A stretch of 64,000 nt of DNA, taken from the NCBI GenBank assembly GCA_016748015.1, contig JAAOMT010000261.1, positions 260,733 to 324,732 of the forward strand, given 5' to 3'. Source of the stretch: Geosiphon pyriformis uo1 (taxonomy: Eukaryota > Fungi > Glomeromycota). Below the pieces are notes generated by a model, which searched no databases, was not told the origin of the DNA, and worked only from the letters and a program-made list of their open reading frames with translations. Positions 13,201 to 25,565 of this stretch are shown piece by piece. The position numbers and the translations under genes were made by a program. How positions within the stretch are numbered: position 1 is the first letter of the stretch; every line of letters starts with the position of its first letter.

Positions 13201-14346
13201 AGGGTCCATATCCGTACAGTACTATCGAATACGAAATGGAGAGTTTATATATTACAAGATGTAAATTTCGTCTTTGTAAAGAGAAAAATAATATCAACCA
13301 ACCTGTCATTACCACAAGACACGAAACCTATATCAGGGAGGATTGACAAACCCCGGACACAATCAGTATGTCCATTCATAGTTTGAACGCATTTTCCACT
13401 CTTCCATTTGATAATAGACTTATCCGCTGATCCTAAAAAGTAAATAAAAAATCAAGTAAATTTTCAATGTTAATATCTTTAATCAAAAGCATTCCTCACA
13501 TGAATACCTGTCAATATCACATCATCATCAATAGCCAAAATTGCCCATACTGCGGCTGAATGACCAACCAGCGAATATGCAACTTGCCAATTTTTCCAAA
13601 TCTTGGCGGTCCTTTGACATAAATTAGTTATAATTATTTAGATTTGTAATTTTCAAATGGGAAATTATGTCTTTAATAATTGTTAAGTAATAACTTCCAC
13701 TTTTAAGAATCTCACTCACTTATCCCATGAACCAGAAACTATATAGCCTGAAGGAGTAACGGCTAATGTACAGACATTATCTTTGTGATCAATGAGGGAA
13801 TAGATTGGATCTTGGGGATTTTCAGGATCCCATACATTTATAGTTTTATCACTACTTCCAGTCGCGATTAGACCTTATCAAGGAGATAGAAACAAAAAAT
13901 GAATTAAATTTATTAAACAAAAATAAGAACTCTTTTTTTTTTTTTGATTTTTTGCAATTATAATATATTATTGGGGAAACTACTTGATAAAAATAATTTC
14001 AATGTTCTTTTCCTTTGAGAAATTTACTAACCACTGGGGTATTCAGTAGTAGCGTCCAGTATTGCAACACTATTTACAAAGTGGGTGTGCCCAAGAAACA
14101 CTTTGGCCTCCGTGAATATATTTGTGGTGTCCAACCTTGACCATAGCCTTACTGTTTTATCCCGAGCTGCCGAAACTATTATGGAATCAGAAAAGGCACG
14201 AACAGCACGGACCTGAAATTTTTGTCAAAATGTGCAAACTTAATGGCATGCTTTTTAGAAGAGGGGTTTTTTTGAAGTTTCAAAAATATTAAACTTACGT
14301 CCTGATCATGGCCGGATAAGGTCGCAGAAAGTTGAAAGTGGGTCAT
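10228..14346 (-). CDS. DOA1: Doa1/Ufd3/PLAA ubiquitin-Cdc48 cofactor (WD40-PFU-PUL; many exons)
   Basis: MTHFQLSATLSGHDQDVRAV start; WD repeats (GHTSFVYSV, SSGEDRSVKVW); PFU (GKEYDYVFDVDIGEGVPPLKLPYN, NPYQAAQEFI); PUL (FPGLDLLRL, MLALRAFANLF). Confidence 0.95.
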
Positions 14347-14721
14347 TATTAATAACTAGGCAAAAGTATTTTGGCAATTTGTTTGACCAAAATAGATAAA
14401 GTCTTAAAAAGTTCTCTGATTCCACCTATTATAGACATTTTAAATAATTGCAATACGTAACTGATTTGGAAACTTATTTCAAAGAACGCGTAATTATTTC
14501 GAAGCGATCAAGTTAAAAATACTCATCTAATATGAATTGTTTGTGATATCCGTTAGCCAAAAGTTTGAATAGCTCTACTAAATCATTTGTTGATTTCCTG
14601 TTTCTATTTAATAAGATTATTTTCTGCTTTCAAGTATTCGATTAGTTTTTTTTTTTTTTTTCTTCGATCTGGAAGCCAATATAGTCACCTCAACCAAGAT
14701 AACAGTATTATTTCAATACTA

Positions 14722-15446
14722 CTAACTAGATGTTGATGAATTTTGTGAGGAAGATTGATCATTTGAATTAAATGAAGGTGGTGTTTTTCCATCGATCTTT
14801 GCTTTTTCTGTTAATTCGAGACGAATTCTGTCTTTTGCATGCTCAATTTTACATTGTAAATAAAATGAACCTCCTTTAGTTTTATCATTCATCTTATATA
14901 AATGTTCATATTGCTTTTTCAAAATTTTTTAAAAGAAAGAGAAAATTTTCGATTAATAGTAAATCAAGAAATTGATCGCAAATCTGTATTAAATTATTAT
15001 TTTTTACCTTTATAACATTTGCAAAATCTTCAATAGTATCTTTCTTTATATTTAATATTTGACATGCTTCCTCAATACTTATTCCTGTCTGTCTTGTTAA
15101 TGACTCAATACCACCCCATGTACTAGTTGAGGAACCTAACCCACCATTTCCGCCATTTGGTCCTCTTACCCTATCTTTTATAACATAAAAAATACTTGGT
15201 AAAGAAAGGAAAGGAAAGGAAAAGAAAGGAAAGGAAAGGAAAGGAAAGGAAAGGAGAATAGTTTTTTTTATAGAAAAATCATCTTACTTGCTTTTGCTTG
15301 TTTCCATGCCTCAACAGTAGCTTTACCAAATATTTGAACACCAGTCACTATTATTTGAGCCAAAATTCGTGCCGACTATAATTTTTCGTTGGTAAGACGA
15401 ATATTTGTCGAAAAATTGAAAATTTAGTTTGTGAAATACCCACCAT
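14722..15446 (-). CDS. PAM16: Mitochondrial import motor subunit Pam16/Tim16
   Basis: ATG-only first exon, then SARILAQIIVTGVQIFGKATVEAWKQAK, GISIEEACQILNI and YEHLYKMNDKTKGGSFYLQCKIEHAKDRI. Confidence 0.93.
15204..15255 (+). repeat. (AAAGG)n microsatellite in a PAM16 intron
   Basis: About 10 tandem aaagg units visible. Confidence 0.9.
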
Positions 15447-16558
15447 AATTTTTTTTCAACAATTTATTAAGAGGTTGAGAGTTGAATATATTATTATTCA
15501 AAAGAGTTATAATTTGGTTTAAAAATTAAAAAAAACTTGAAACTGTTAAATAAAGAACAAAGTTGAGTAGTAAATATGATTCTTTAAAACTAAATTTCAG
15601 GGCTGCGAGATTGTCAAGTTCATGACTCATCTAAAAATGCATAATTACTAATAATTTTTAACCAATATTATTTTATTTATTAATGTTTATTATTAGAATA
15701 ATAAATATTAGTGTGAAAAATATTTTTAAAATTTATAATTTAAAAAATAAAATAAAATTATTAATATCAATAAAACTTAGATATTAATTAATTTTTATAT
15801 ATAAAATAAAAATTTTAATGTTTTATTCTCTAGTTATATAAGTCTAATTATTATTATTAAAAATACATTATTATTAATAAAACTTATTGGTTTTTAATTT
15901 AATGTAATTTTTAAAATAAATTTGAATAACTGATTATATGTAAAAAAAATATATATATATATATATATTTTTCAAATTCATATATTCTTAATAATTAATC
16001 CTTTTATTGTGTTATCATATTATTTAATACTTTTTTTTTAATAATAATTGATTTAAAAATAAATAAGTATATATTCATTATTTAACAAAAAAATTATTAT
16101 ATTATTATTAAATAATATAATAATAATACGATAATAAATATGGTTTAAAATTTTTTTTTATGTTTATAAATATATTTTGAAAAATTGAGTATTATAAAAA
16201 CTATGCAATTGTAATTTCAAAATCTCTTTTATATCATTTGTTAAATTTAACTGCTATCAATAAATTTTTTTATTCTTTGTACTAATTTATCACGTGTATT
16301 AATAACTGTATAAATCACACTCAAACTTCGGATTAACGGTATTCACCATGAAAAAGGTTAATTCGATTGGCTATTTTTACACTATAGCTAACCATTGATA
16401 AAGCTTTCATCTCAGAATTTGAAATGATCTCAATGCCATCACTTTATTATTTCATAAGAATTCAAAGATATTTCTAATGATGTTGTTAATGTTCAACCAT
16501 CAATAAATGGCTTATAAACTTTTTACCATATCAAAAATTTTTACCCCTATTTTTACCT

Positions 16559-18435
16559 CTAATTTTTGGCCTTTCGTCCATTAACTAATTGATAATCAAC
16601 ATCCTCATCATCTGATTCCATAAGCCAATCATCATCAAAAACTCTTAAAATCTCAACGCTATATTGTGGTACATCTACTTCAGATCCCCATTGACCTTTT
16701 TGGGTACCATTCAATTTTTGCTTGCTACGAGGTCGTTTCGGATATTGTTGCCTTTTTTTCCGTTCTTTCGTCTTTTTTTCTTCATAAAAAATTCGAAGAA
16801 AACCGAGCGTAGTTTGAACAGCCTCGGTTATTGACAACTCAGTCGCAATATATTTAAGGAGACGTTGCAATAATGGATGGAGATCATTTGTAAGAATTAG
16901 GGTGGAAAAATGAGCATCGATTAGCAATGTCAGAAAATCAAGAACCTATTCCATAAATATAATTTGGATCAATTAACAGCCGGAGATTCATAATAAATTT
17001 CTACACATAAAATGAATGGTTATTGATTTTCTTACCATATTAAAAGGCGGTGCATAACCTCTTGATTTGGATTCTTGCATATTATCATTATCATTTTTAA
17101 TTTCTTGATCCCTTCTTAGATGTATTATTTCGCCCATCCATTCACATAATATTTCCAATGTTTTTGATAATTCATCAACTGTTAACGTTTGTAACTGTCG
17201 CTGCATTAAAAATTCGTCTCGTCGAGCACGTATAACCATAGAAAGAATATAATCGAAATTGGGAGGCGAGGTGGATCCGACTAAGGCTTCTTTATGAGAG
17301 TGATGAATTGTGACATTATCGAATTCATTGTTTGATAGTGTAATAAAATACTGAAGAAGGAAAACTAAATCTTTTTCTGATATATCAGGATTATATCGCA
17401 AAAGCAATACGAGGGAATCCTTGGGAAAAAAAAAAAAAAAAAAAAAAGGTGAAATGTTGCGATTTTCTATTTCAATTTATTCTTCTTTTATTCAGTAAAA
17501 TTAACGCAACTTACTGACCCATTTTTCCCGTTCGATGATAGCTCTCACGATTCCTTCTTGAAGTATATTATCGACCAGGTATTTATTTCTGATCAAATAT
17601 TCTACAATTTGTGATGGATAAAATTCATGATCTGGTTTACCATTTGCTCTTTGTGCAAAACATCTATTAATTATCTTTCCTATCAAATTAAAAGATAATG
17701 AAGGTTTTGGGGCTTTCTAAAAATATTTCAAAAAAATATTTATAATAATTTACTATTAAATTAACCAAAAAAAATATAGGCAAGTGAATCCATGATTAAA
17801 ATTTTTATTTACCTCTATAAGAAATTTTAGCTCAGGGTTCGTAATTTCTTGAAGCTTTGACTCTTTCCATTTTTCCAAATCATGAGGAATATATGTATCA
17901 GAATGTTTCTTTGAATCCAATGATGCCTCACTTTCGTCAATTTTATCCTTGTTATCGTCATAATTTTCCAAGAGTCCAATAAATTCATTGTCTGTCAAAC
18001 CGTTCGACTTGAACCAAGTTATAAGTGTCTCTTTTTCCTTTTTTTTGACAAAATTGAAGAAAACTTTTGTCAAAGTTTCTACATTTGGAGTGACTAGTTG
18101 ATTATCAATTTTTTGAATTATTTCTTTCTCATCGGATATTTCAAGTGAATCGACAATATTTTGATAAAATTCCTCAGCATTGATAGCTTGCTTCTAAAAA
18201 AAAAAATCAAAAAATCAAAAGAGGATAAGGCTTTTAACCAGTTCTAGAATTGTGAAATAAATTTTAAAGAGTCAATTACTTGAGAAGTACATACCTTAGA
18301 ATTCTCCTCAGTTAAAGCATCATTTTTTTGGTTATCTTTGGTTATACCAACATTACCCAAGTAATTCTTATTTGAGTCGAGTAAAAAGGAGTTGCTTTTT
18401 AAAGAAGCAGCATTCAAAACGCTTAACAATGACAT
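16559..18435 (-). CDS. NOL11/Utp8-like nucleolar protein, C-terminal helical half only (multi-exon)
   Basis: EFYPSQIVEYLI, PDISEKDLV, LDFLTLLIDAHFSTLIL and QYSVEILRVF resemble the NOL11 C-domain motifs as recalled (FYP..., PDIPE, LLDANF, YSIEVL). Confidence 0.75.
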
Positions 18436-18860
18436 ATGATTGAATTATAAGGCTAACAAAAGTAAAAAAATAAAAAAGTTGATCCCCGAGAAGTTGACTT
18501 GAAATTTTTAACAAAATCATGTGATACTATCTGTTATCTTTAATCCAAACCAAAAAGATGATTTTTAATATATATAAGAATTTTAAATGTATTATAAATA
18601 CGGTAATTATAAACAATTATAATATTTTTAATATTTTAATTATAAATTACATATTTATCTATATAAAAATTATTTAATAATTAAAATATATTAAAATATA
18701 TTATATATTTGTTAATGTTTGAATTAAATTTTAAATAATTAAATTATTTATATTTATTAATGAAATTCACAAAATATATATATACATTTATATATGTATA
18801 TATATTGCTTTAATCCTACTTCATATTAATATTCAAGTGAAAAATTGTTTAAACCTTTAA

Positions 18861-19217
18861 TCATTGTGTTTGATACTTTTTCAAAGCTGCAATCTCATCC
18901 AACATTTGACGAATATCTTCATCTTCGTTTTTCCTTGCTAAACTATATATATATATATAGATATATAGATAAATAAATAAATAAAAATAAGTTACAAATT
19001 ATTTTTATAAATTTCCAAATAATAAATAAATTTTTTCCTTTTATTTTTTTACCTAGGAATCAAGGACTTAACTTCATCAACTTCTTCAGGGCATAAGTTT
19101 GCCAATTGTGCAAGTTCATATTTGTGAATTCCATATTTCAATAATGTTCTTTTTAGGAAAAGATTGAAAATAAATTATCGTATAACTTTTTCCCAAATTA
19201 AAAATTAAAAATTAAAA

Positions 19218-19248
<31 letters not shown>

Positions 19249-19657
19249 GTTACATGTTTACTTTCGAAGTTCTGTCACTGCTTCTTGATTATGAAACTTG
19301 CTGAAGGTGCTTACGTATGTTTGCGTTTTTTGAAAAGCACTTTTCAAAATTGGTTAATTATTTAGACCATTTAAAAATAATTAAGTCATATTAATCATAA
19401 ATATAAATACCTTGTTTGAGCCTGGGAAGGAGGAGTTCTATCCAAAAGGAGAGCTGCTTCAGAAATGAACAAGAACTCTGCACTATCAAAATCTATTATA
19501 AAAAAATTCTTTAAACGATTGAAAATCTTGAAAAAAACAACAACAACAACAACAGGAAAAATCACTTTCACACAAACAAACCTTCGCCGAAAGCAAGTTT
19601 TGAAGCGTCTTCCTCTTCTGGTAAAGGTTTACGACCACGAGGGTTAGGATGAGACAT
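18861..19657 (-). CDS. RPB4: RNA polymerase II subunit Rpb4 (multi-exon; missing from the ORF track)
   Basis: Spliced product includes [57 protein letters not shown] and IRQMLDEIAALKKYQTQ*. Confidence 0.93.
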
Positions 19658-20013
19658 TTGAATGATTATAATTATATTATTATTATTATTATTATTAATC
19701 TTTAACGTTGTGGCGATGAATGCTAACTCGGAAATTAAGCTCGCATATTTCTTTGTTTGTTAACCCTAATTAAAATCTGACCTAATCAATCAAATTTATC
19801 TCCTGATGCATGATTTTCATCATAATTAAACAAAAAACATATATAAATTTAATCTTAAAAAATCTCAACAACCACAAAACACAAAAGAAATTACTGAATG
19901 TATTGTTAGGGATTTATAATGGGAAAAAATTTCATGCAATTTTGTGGCGTGATTTAAACAAATTTTTACTTTAGGGTCTTATTTTAGAAAAAAAAAGTCT
20001 CTAACTAGGAATA

Positions 20014-21925
20014 ATGTTTAGTGTTCAAAGTTCGTATAAAGTCGTTCCCTTAGGTCTTTTGGCTTTTTCGAAACGGCCGATAAATTTTCTAAATCCCATA
20101 TCACGTTTTACTTACTCAACAATGTCTTTGTCACAAGGTTGGTTTTTTTTTTATCTAATTTAAATTTTTATAATTTAAATCAATTTTCTTTTGAACCCCA
20201 CTGTTTCAAACAAAACTTGCTTAAAACTTATATTCTACTTATCTTTGTAAAAGGTAAAATTCTCACTTACGAGAAAATTAACCCTCAAATCAAACAAGTT
20301 GAATATGCGGTACGAGGTGAATTAGCCATTCGTGCGGAACAAATTAAGACAGAAATTGAGAAATTTGGGAAAGGACGTTTCCCATTTGAAAATGTTGTCA
20401 ATTGTAATATCGGTAACCCACAGCAACTTTCTCAACCACCAATCACATTCTTTCGTCAGGTGGGCATGATCCTTTGTATATTGCAGATTTCATAACTTGA
20501 GATAAAATTTTATCTCATACAAATTTTACCATCCTAGGTCGCGTCTCTCGTCGAATACCCGGATCTCTTGTTAACGGAAAATAAGGAAAAAGTTAAAGCT
20601 TTATTCCCCGAAGATGCTATAGAACGTGCAAGGACATTATTGAAATATGTGGGTAGTGTTGGTGCTTACTCGCATTCACAAGGAATATCATACATCCGGC
20701 AGGACGTGGCAAAATTCATTGAAGGTTAAATAATTAATTTTATCAATCAACTAAAATGAATTTAAACTTAATTTTAATTGTCAATCTAGAACGGGATGGG
20801 TTTCCCTCGGATCCCGAGGTTATATTTCTCACACAAGGTGCCTCATCTGGGGTTCAAACCATAATTCAAACAATTATTGGCCATCCAAACGTCGGTATTA
20901 TGATTCCTATTCCACAGTATCCTCTATACACCGCAACATTATCATTATACAACGCAAAACCTGTACCTTATTATTTAATTGAAGAAGAGGACTGGGGACT
21001 TGACATAAATGAACTTTCTTCTTCTATAAGAAAGGCACGTGCAGATGGAACTGATGTTCGTGCATTGGTCATTATTAATCCAGGAAACCCGACTGGTCAA
21101 TGTCTTTCTGAAGAAAATATGAAAGAAATTATTGATTTTTGTCACAATGAACGCGTCATTTTACTCGCAGATGAAGTTTATCAAACAAACATTTATGAAC
21201 CTTCTACCAGACCATTTCACTCCTTCAAAAAAGTTCTTTCCTCAATGGGGGAAATTTATAAAAATTTTGAACTTTTTTCTTTCCATTCCGTGTCTAAGGG
21301 TATGATTGGAGAGTGTGGGCGTCGCGGGGGATACTTTGAATGTACAGGAATCGATCTTAAGGTGGTTTCACAGATATATAAGATTGCCTCCGTTAGTTTG
21401 TGTCCTAATGTTCAAGGACAGATTATGGTAGATTTGATGGTTCGACCACCAAGGCTTGGGGATCCCAGTTATGAATTATATAATAAAGAATATACTTCAA
21501 TTTTTGAAAGTCTAAGACGAAGAAGTAGAAAATTGGCCAACTTGTTTAATCAATTAGAAGGCGTCACGTGTAATGATGCTCAGGTATTGTTGACTTTTCT
21601 ACGTCATATTCTACGTTTACACTTTCTCTCAATATTTACAACTTTGGGTCTTTTTTAGGGGTCCTTGTATCTCTTTCCAAAAATTTCTCTACCCCAGAAA
21701 CTAATTGCCGCAGCACGCGAGGGAAATAAACAACCAGACGAATTTTATTGTCTTGCTATGTTAAATGCAACTGGTGTTTGCGTGGTACCCGGAAGTGGAT
21801 TCGGTCAAAAGGATGGCATATGGCATTTTCGAAGTACCTTTTTACCTCCAGAAGAATTGTTTGATGATTTTTGTATGAGAATTCGCAAATTTCATCAAGC
21901 TATACTAGAAAAATATCGAAACTAA
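20014..21925 (+). CDS. ALT1: Alanine aminotransferase (PLP-dependent) with putative mitochondrial presequence
   Basis: VEYAVRGE, NIGNPQQL, GAYSHSQG, INPGNPTGQ, LADEVYQ, FHSVSKG.IGECGRRGGY and GVCVVPGSGFGQ. Confidence 0.96.
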
Positions 21926-22069
21926 CAAACTAACTAACTAACTAACTATTGATCATAAAAATAGCTTAAGAAAATATTATTAGTAAGAATTAAAATTTCT
22001 AGCCTTTACGAAACAGGCATGACCCTTTTTCCTACTCTTTGTAAAATTTAAAAGAACATAAGCATATAT

Positions 22070-22103
22070 GGGGCGTGCTGCAACAAAACCAGACAAAGTG
22101 AAC
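22070..22103 (+). repeat. Left terminal inverted repeat
   Basis: Exact reverse complement of 29230-29263. Confidence 0.95.
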
Positions 22104-22169
22104 ATTTAACGTCACTCAGGCTCGAATGATTCAATGTTGGAATGAATTCTTCAATCTTCAGTAACTTTC

Positions 22170-22814
22170 TTATTTCAATCAAGGTCACTTTCTAACCTCA
22201 ATTTGAGTGCTCTGTTGAGAATTCAATTTTTCTAACCGAGTTTTTAATCAAGCAACTTCTTCCTTATAAGATTCTATTTCGTTAATCAGGTCTTGAGGAG
22301 TTTGTTTTTTTAATCTTTTTACTTCCGCCTCTAACTCTTTTATTCTATGTGACAATTCTTGCTTTTGCCTTTTATTTCACTCCTCAGACTTTTCATGAAA
22401 CTTAGCAATTTCTTCTCTTTCGATTTTTAATGCTTCTTTAGTAGCAAGTAATTCTTTCTCTAATTCTTTGGTTTTATTTTCTAAACGAGAAGTGAAAGAC
22501 TGAGCAATTAAAGTATTTTCAGAAAATGGTTGAGCAGGTTTATCTTTAAGCAACTCACAAAAACAACCTCTCCTATTCCTCATCAATTTACCACACTTTT
22601 CACAATAAGGAAGAATATTGTTTTCCAAACCCTCTTTACAAGTAGCACAGATATAGGCAATATCAACACAGTCACCTTCTTTATTATTAGCCATTATTTC
22701 ATGAGTACTAATATTAAGATCAAAACCAATCTCAGCCTGAAAATTTAACAAACAATAATTACAATCTTGCTTATCTCCTTCTGCTACTTCAAGAACTCTA
22801 TATTCTAATTTCAT
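22170..22814 (-). CDS. Cargo ORF B: intronless Cys-motif/coiled-coil protein, 214 aa in genetic code 4, MRE-like
   Basis: The track ORF stops at TGA 22377, but the frame continues through 4 TGA to TAA 22170: ...SEE(W)NKRQKQELSHRIKELEAEVKRLKKQTPQDLINEIESYKEEVA(W)LKTRLEKLNSQQSTQIEVRK(W)P(W)LK*. N-terminal CNYC, CATC and CEKC motifs. Confidence 0.75.
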
Positions 22815-22817
22815 AAA

Positions 22818-23588
22818 TTACTTATTCTTTTGTAAAATATAAGCATGAAACTTCTCTTGAACCTTTTCCTTAAATTCATGAGCTTTTTCTTTTGTTGTAT
22901 TTACTAACTTTTTAATTTGTTGAAATTTCTTAGGTTTAGGCTCAATTAGTTTAGTTAATTCAACTAACTTCTCATCCTTGGCTATTAAAATCTTTTCTAA
23001 TTCGTGTATTTTCAATCTCAAGTCTGTTATAAAACCATCCTTTAGCATTTTCATTTCAAACACCCTTCGTTTATGCCATTCTTCAGATACATCAACAAAT
23101 TCCAAATGATTTTTTTGTTCTAATTCTAGATCTTTTTGTTTCACTTCTAAATCAACAATATTCTTTTCTAAAATAGCATTCTTTTTATCTAATTACTCAT
23201 TCTTCTCAGTTAATTCATTCTTCTCGATTTGTAAACTCTTAACTTCTTTATTCTCTTTTGCTCATCAAGACATTGAATTGTGATGCATGTAAATAAGACG
23301 AACAAAGCTTTTTCTAAACCCTTTGTCTCCTAAGTGTTGTAATTCACGAGGGCGAAGTCAAAAATAATCTGTAACTGCTCTTATATGTGATTCATTTGGA
23401 TTCCGGTTTAAACTACCAATTACTTCTCTTATTTCCTCTTCGGTTAAAATATTATTTTCATTAACACTAAATCTTTCTTTTAGTTTGCTGATTGCTTGGT
23501 CTTTATCAGCTAGTTGCTTTTTCAATGTTTCTATTTCGTTTAATAATTCTTTGTTTGCTTGCTGTAGTGTTTCTAGAATATTTACCAT
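22818..23588 (-). pseudogene. Cargo ORF A: intronless coiled-coil protein, 256 codons in genetic code 4, one TAA lesion, MRE-like
   Basis: Track ORFs 23358-23588 and 22818-23144 share one frame, joined through TGA at 23358, 23265 and 23262 (DYF-W-LRP, SMS-W-W-AKE) and one TAA at 23193. Its stop lies 3 nt before the ATG of ORF B. Confidence 0.75.
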
Positions 23589-23691
23589 GGTTTATTTTTA
23601 TTAAGTATATAAATAATTTTACTTTGAAAAGCGGGGAAAGACAGCAATATTTGTGAAAAACAACCTAGACTTAACAACATCGAGTGACGAT

Positions 23692-25455
23692 TTATTCATT
23701 GTCATTATAGGTTGGTCTTGGACAAGTAGTATCCTTAAATTCATCTCGGACAAATGGGCGAACGTGGTGATAGAGGTATTCTTGGCGTTTCAGCTCCATA
23801 GGAGGAGGTACCAGCTCCAGAAATGACAGGGCCTTGATTTTTTCTATAACTGTTGAAGCCTCCGATTTGCCTATTTTTAACAGTTTGAATTCCTGGAAAG
23901 GTCCATTAGCAAATTCTTGAGCTTTGACAACACCCAGCTTAGCACTAGTAAAAAGAAAGTGCTGAAACTTTTGCAAGCCAAGCAACTTCTTGAAGTGAAT
24001 TTCCAAACTACTCAGGATATCAAAATATTGAAAGCCCTTGCTACCATTATAACACCAAGCTTTATTTAGTCCAGTAATGCTAGACTTTTTCACTACATCT
24101 ACAATGTGATCAACACAATCTACTGTGGTTTTGCGATAGAGTCTTTTGATCAGACCAAAACTACCATCACATTTGAATTTAGTATGGCCTGGAACCATGA
24201 AGTTCAATTTAATACTTTCATAATAATCAGCAATTACCAGGTACAGGTAAAACCAAAGAGTGGTATTGTTTTTGTTTTGTCCGCCTGCATTATCACAAGT
24301 GATTTTTAAGTGCTTTTCACCCTTATTTAATTGCTTTATTCCATCAAAGACTAGACTAAGGGTGCCATTAGGACCTTTTCCAAGCAGTTCATTCTCATCC
24401 AGCACATAATTAATTTGCTCTCGTACTGCTTCATCCTGGATACCAAATAGGTGCACTTTACGAGCACTAAGATAATACACCTTACCAATTTGTTGGTCTG
24501 AATGAGGCACATGGACGTTTTGGGCTCAGTCGTAACTGTAATGGGCCACCGCGTCAATGCTGCAGTATGGTGCTTTGTCTTTCAGTACAGAATAATTTTG
24601 ATCGACGAGTTTTTTTTGCTCTTCTGCCAACTTGGTATTTTTGTTATAATAATTTCTCTCTAGTTTGGCTTTGGCCAGATGCTCTTTATATTTCTTTAAT
24701 AAATCTTGGGCCTCTTCCTCTTTACGAGCTTTGAACTGTAAGTCATTTCGCAAATGCTGGCAAGTATCGCATAAATCGGTCCTCGGACTCATGATTTGAA
24801 TATACGGGGTTAACTGGTGCCATAATTTGCAGAATGCATCATACTTGAGGTTATGCAATTTATTATTATCCTCCAGGCCGGCTAAAAAATCCCGGTGAAC
24901 AGACCTGTAGCTCATTTCTGCCGGTAGAAAGATAATTGATAGGGTGACTCGATTAACATTTCTTACTGGGCTAGGTAAGCCGTGAACTTCGGCATAATTT
25001 AGCAAAAAATTCTTGACGGCAGTAGCAACATCAATATTGATAACCATCCTGGATTTTCACTGTGGCATTCTTTTTACATTACCATGGACCCGCGGTAGAA
25101 GACCATTCTTTAACAAATGATTTCGAATGTTTTCAAAATAATTGCGGCCAATGCCAAGCATATTGAGGTAAGTTTTTTGGCAAATTGGAGTGCTACGATT
25201 TCAGCAGTAGACAGTTCTCTTATTGACGCGAGCTTTCTTTTTAAGACGACGGCTAGTATTGGTCACTCCTCCATCCATGGTCTTGAGTTGGGCCACTAAA
25301 AAGATGTCTTGTTCGGGTTTTGTTAGCGCTTGAAAATCTTCCCGCAGTTTGGCAAATTCTTCCTTGGGCAACTTGGGTGAGCAACCGCAACCACATCCTA
25401 CTCCCAGGAAATAGAGAGCTTTTTCGTATTCATTCATAATTATGTCGTCTACCAT
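23692..25455 (-). CDS. Sola2-family DDD transposase, intronless, 587 aa when TGA=Trp
   Basis: Three track ORFs are one frame interrupted only by TGA at 25201, 25057 and 24526. Motifs: GCGCGC, PICQKTYL, PRVHGN, SPRTDLCDTC, HYSYD(W)AQ, CDNAGGQNKN and GHTKFKCDGSFG. Confidence 0.88.
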
Positions 25456-25565
25456 ATATATATATTTTATATATATATTACGCACAGTTTGTCCGGTTTT
25501 GTAAAATTTCTTCCACGTGTATTAAAGAATACATAGGACTATCCCTATATAAATGCGTACTTTTA

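Noticed and set aside
15640-16260. Extremely AT-rich intergenic tracts (also ~9600-10000, 18560-18800, 34640-35088) as origins or ncRNA genes
   Set aside because: No recognisable structure or repeat unit; they cannot be distinguished from eroded repeat remnants.
23600-23632. Possible sigma70 promoter (TATACT with TTCAAA-like -35) upstream of cargo ORF A
   Set aside because: The -35 match and spacing are poor, and such hexamers are common in AT-rich DNA.
22170-25455. Selenocysteine or programmed readthrough as the explanation for in-frame TGAs
   Set aside because: The contexts are Trp-like (WW, WPW, and SEEW paralleling a TGG codon), not redox Cys positions. Ten readthrough events across three ORFs is implausible.
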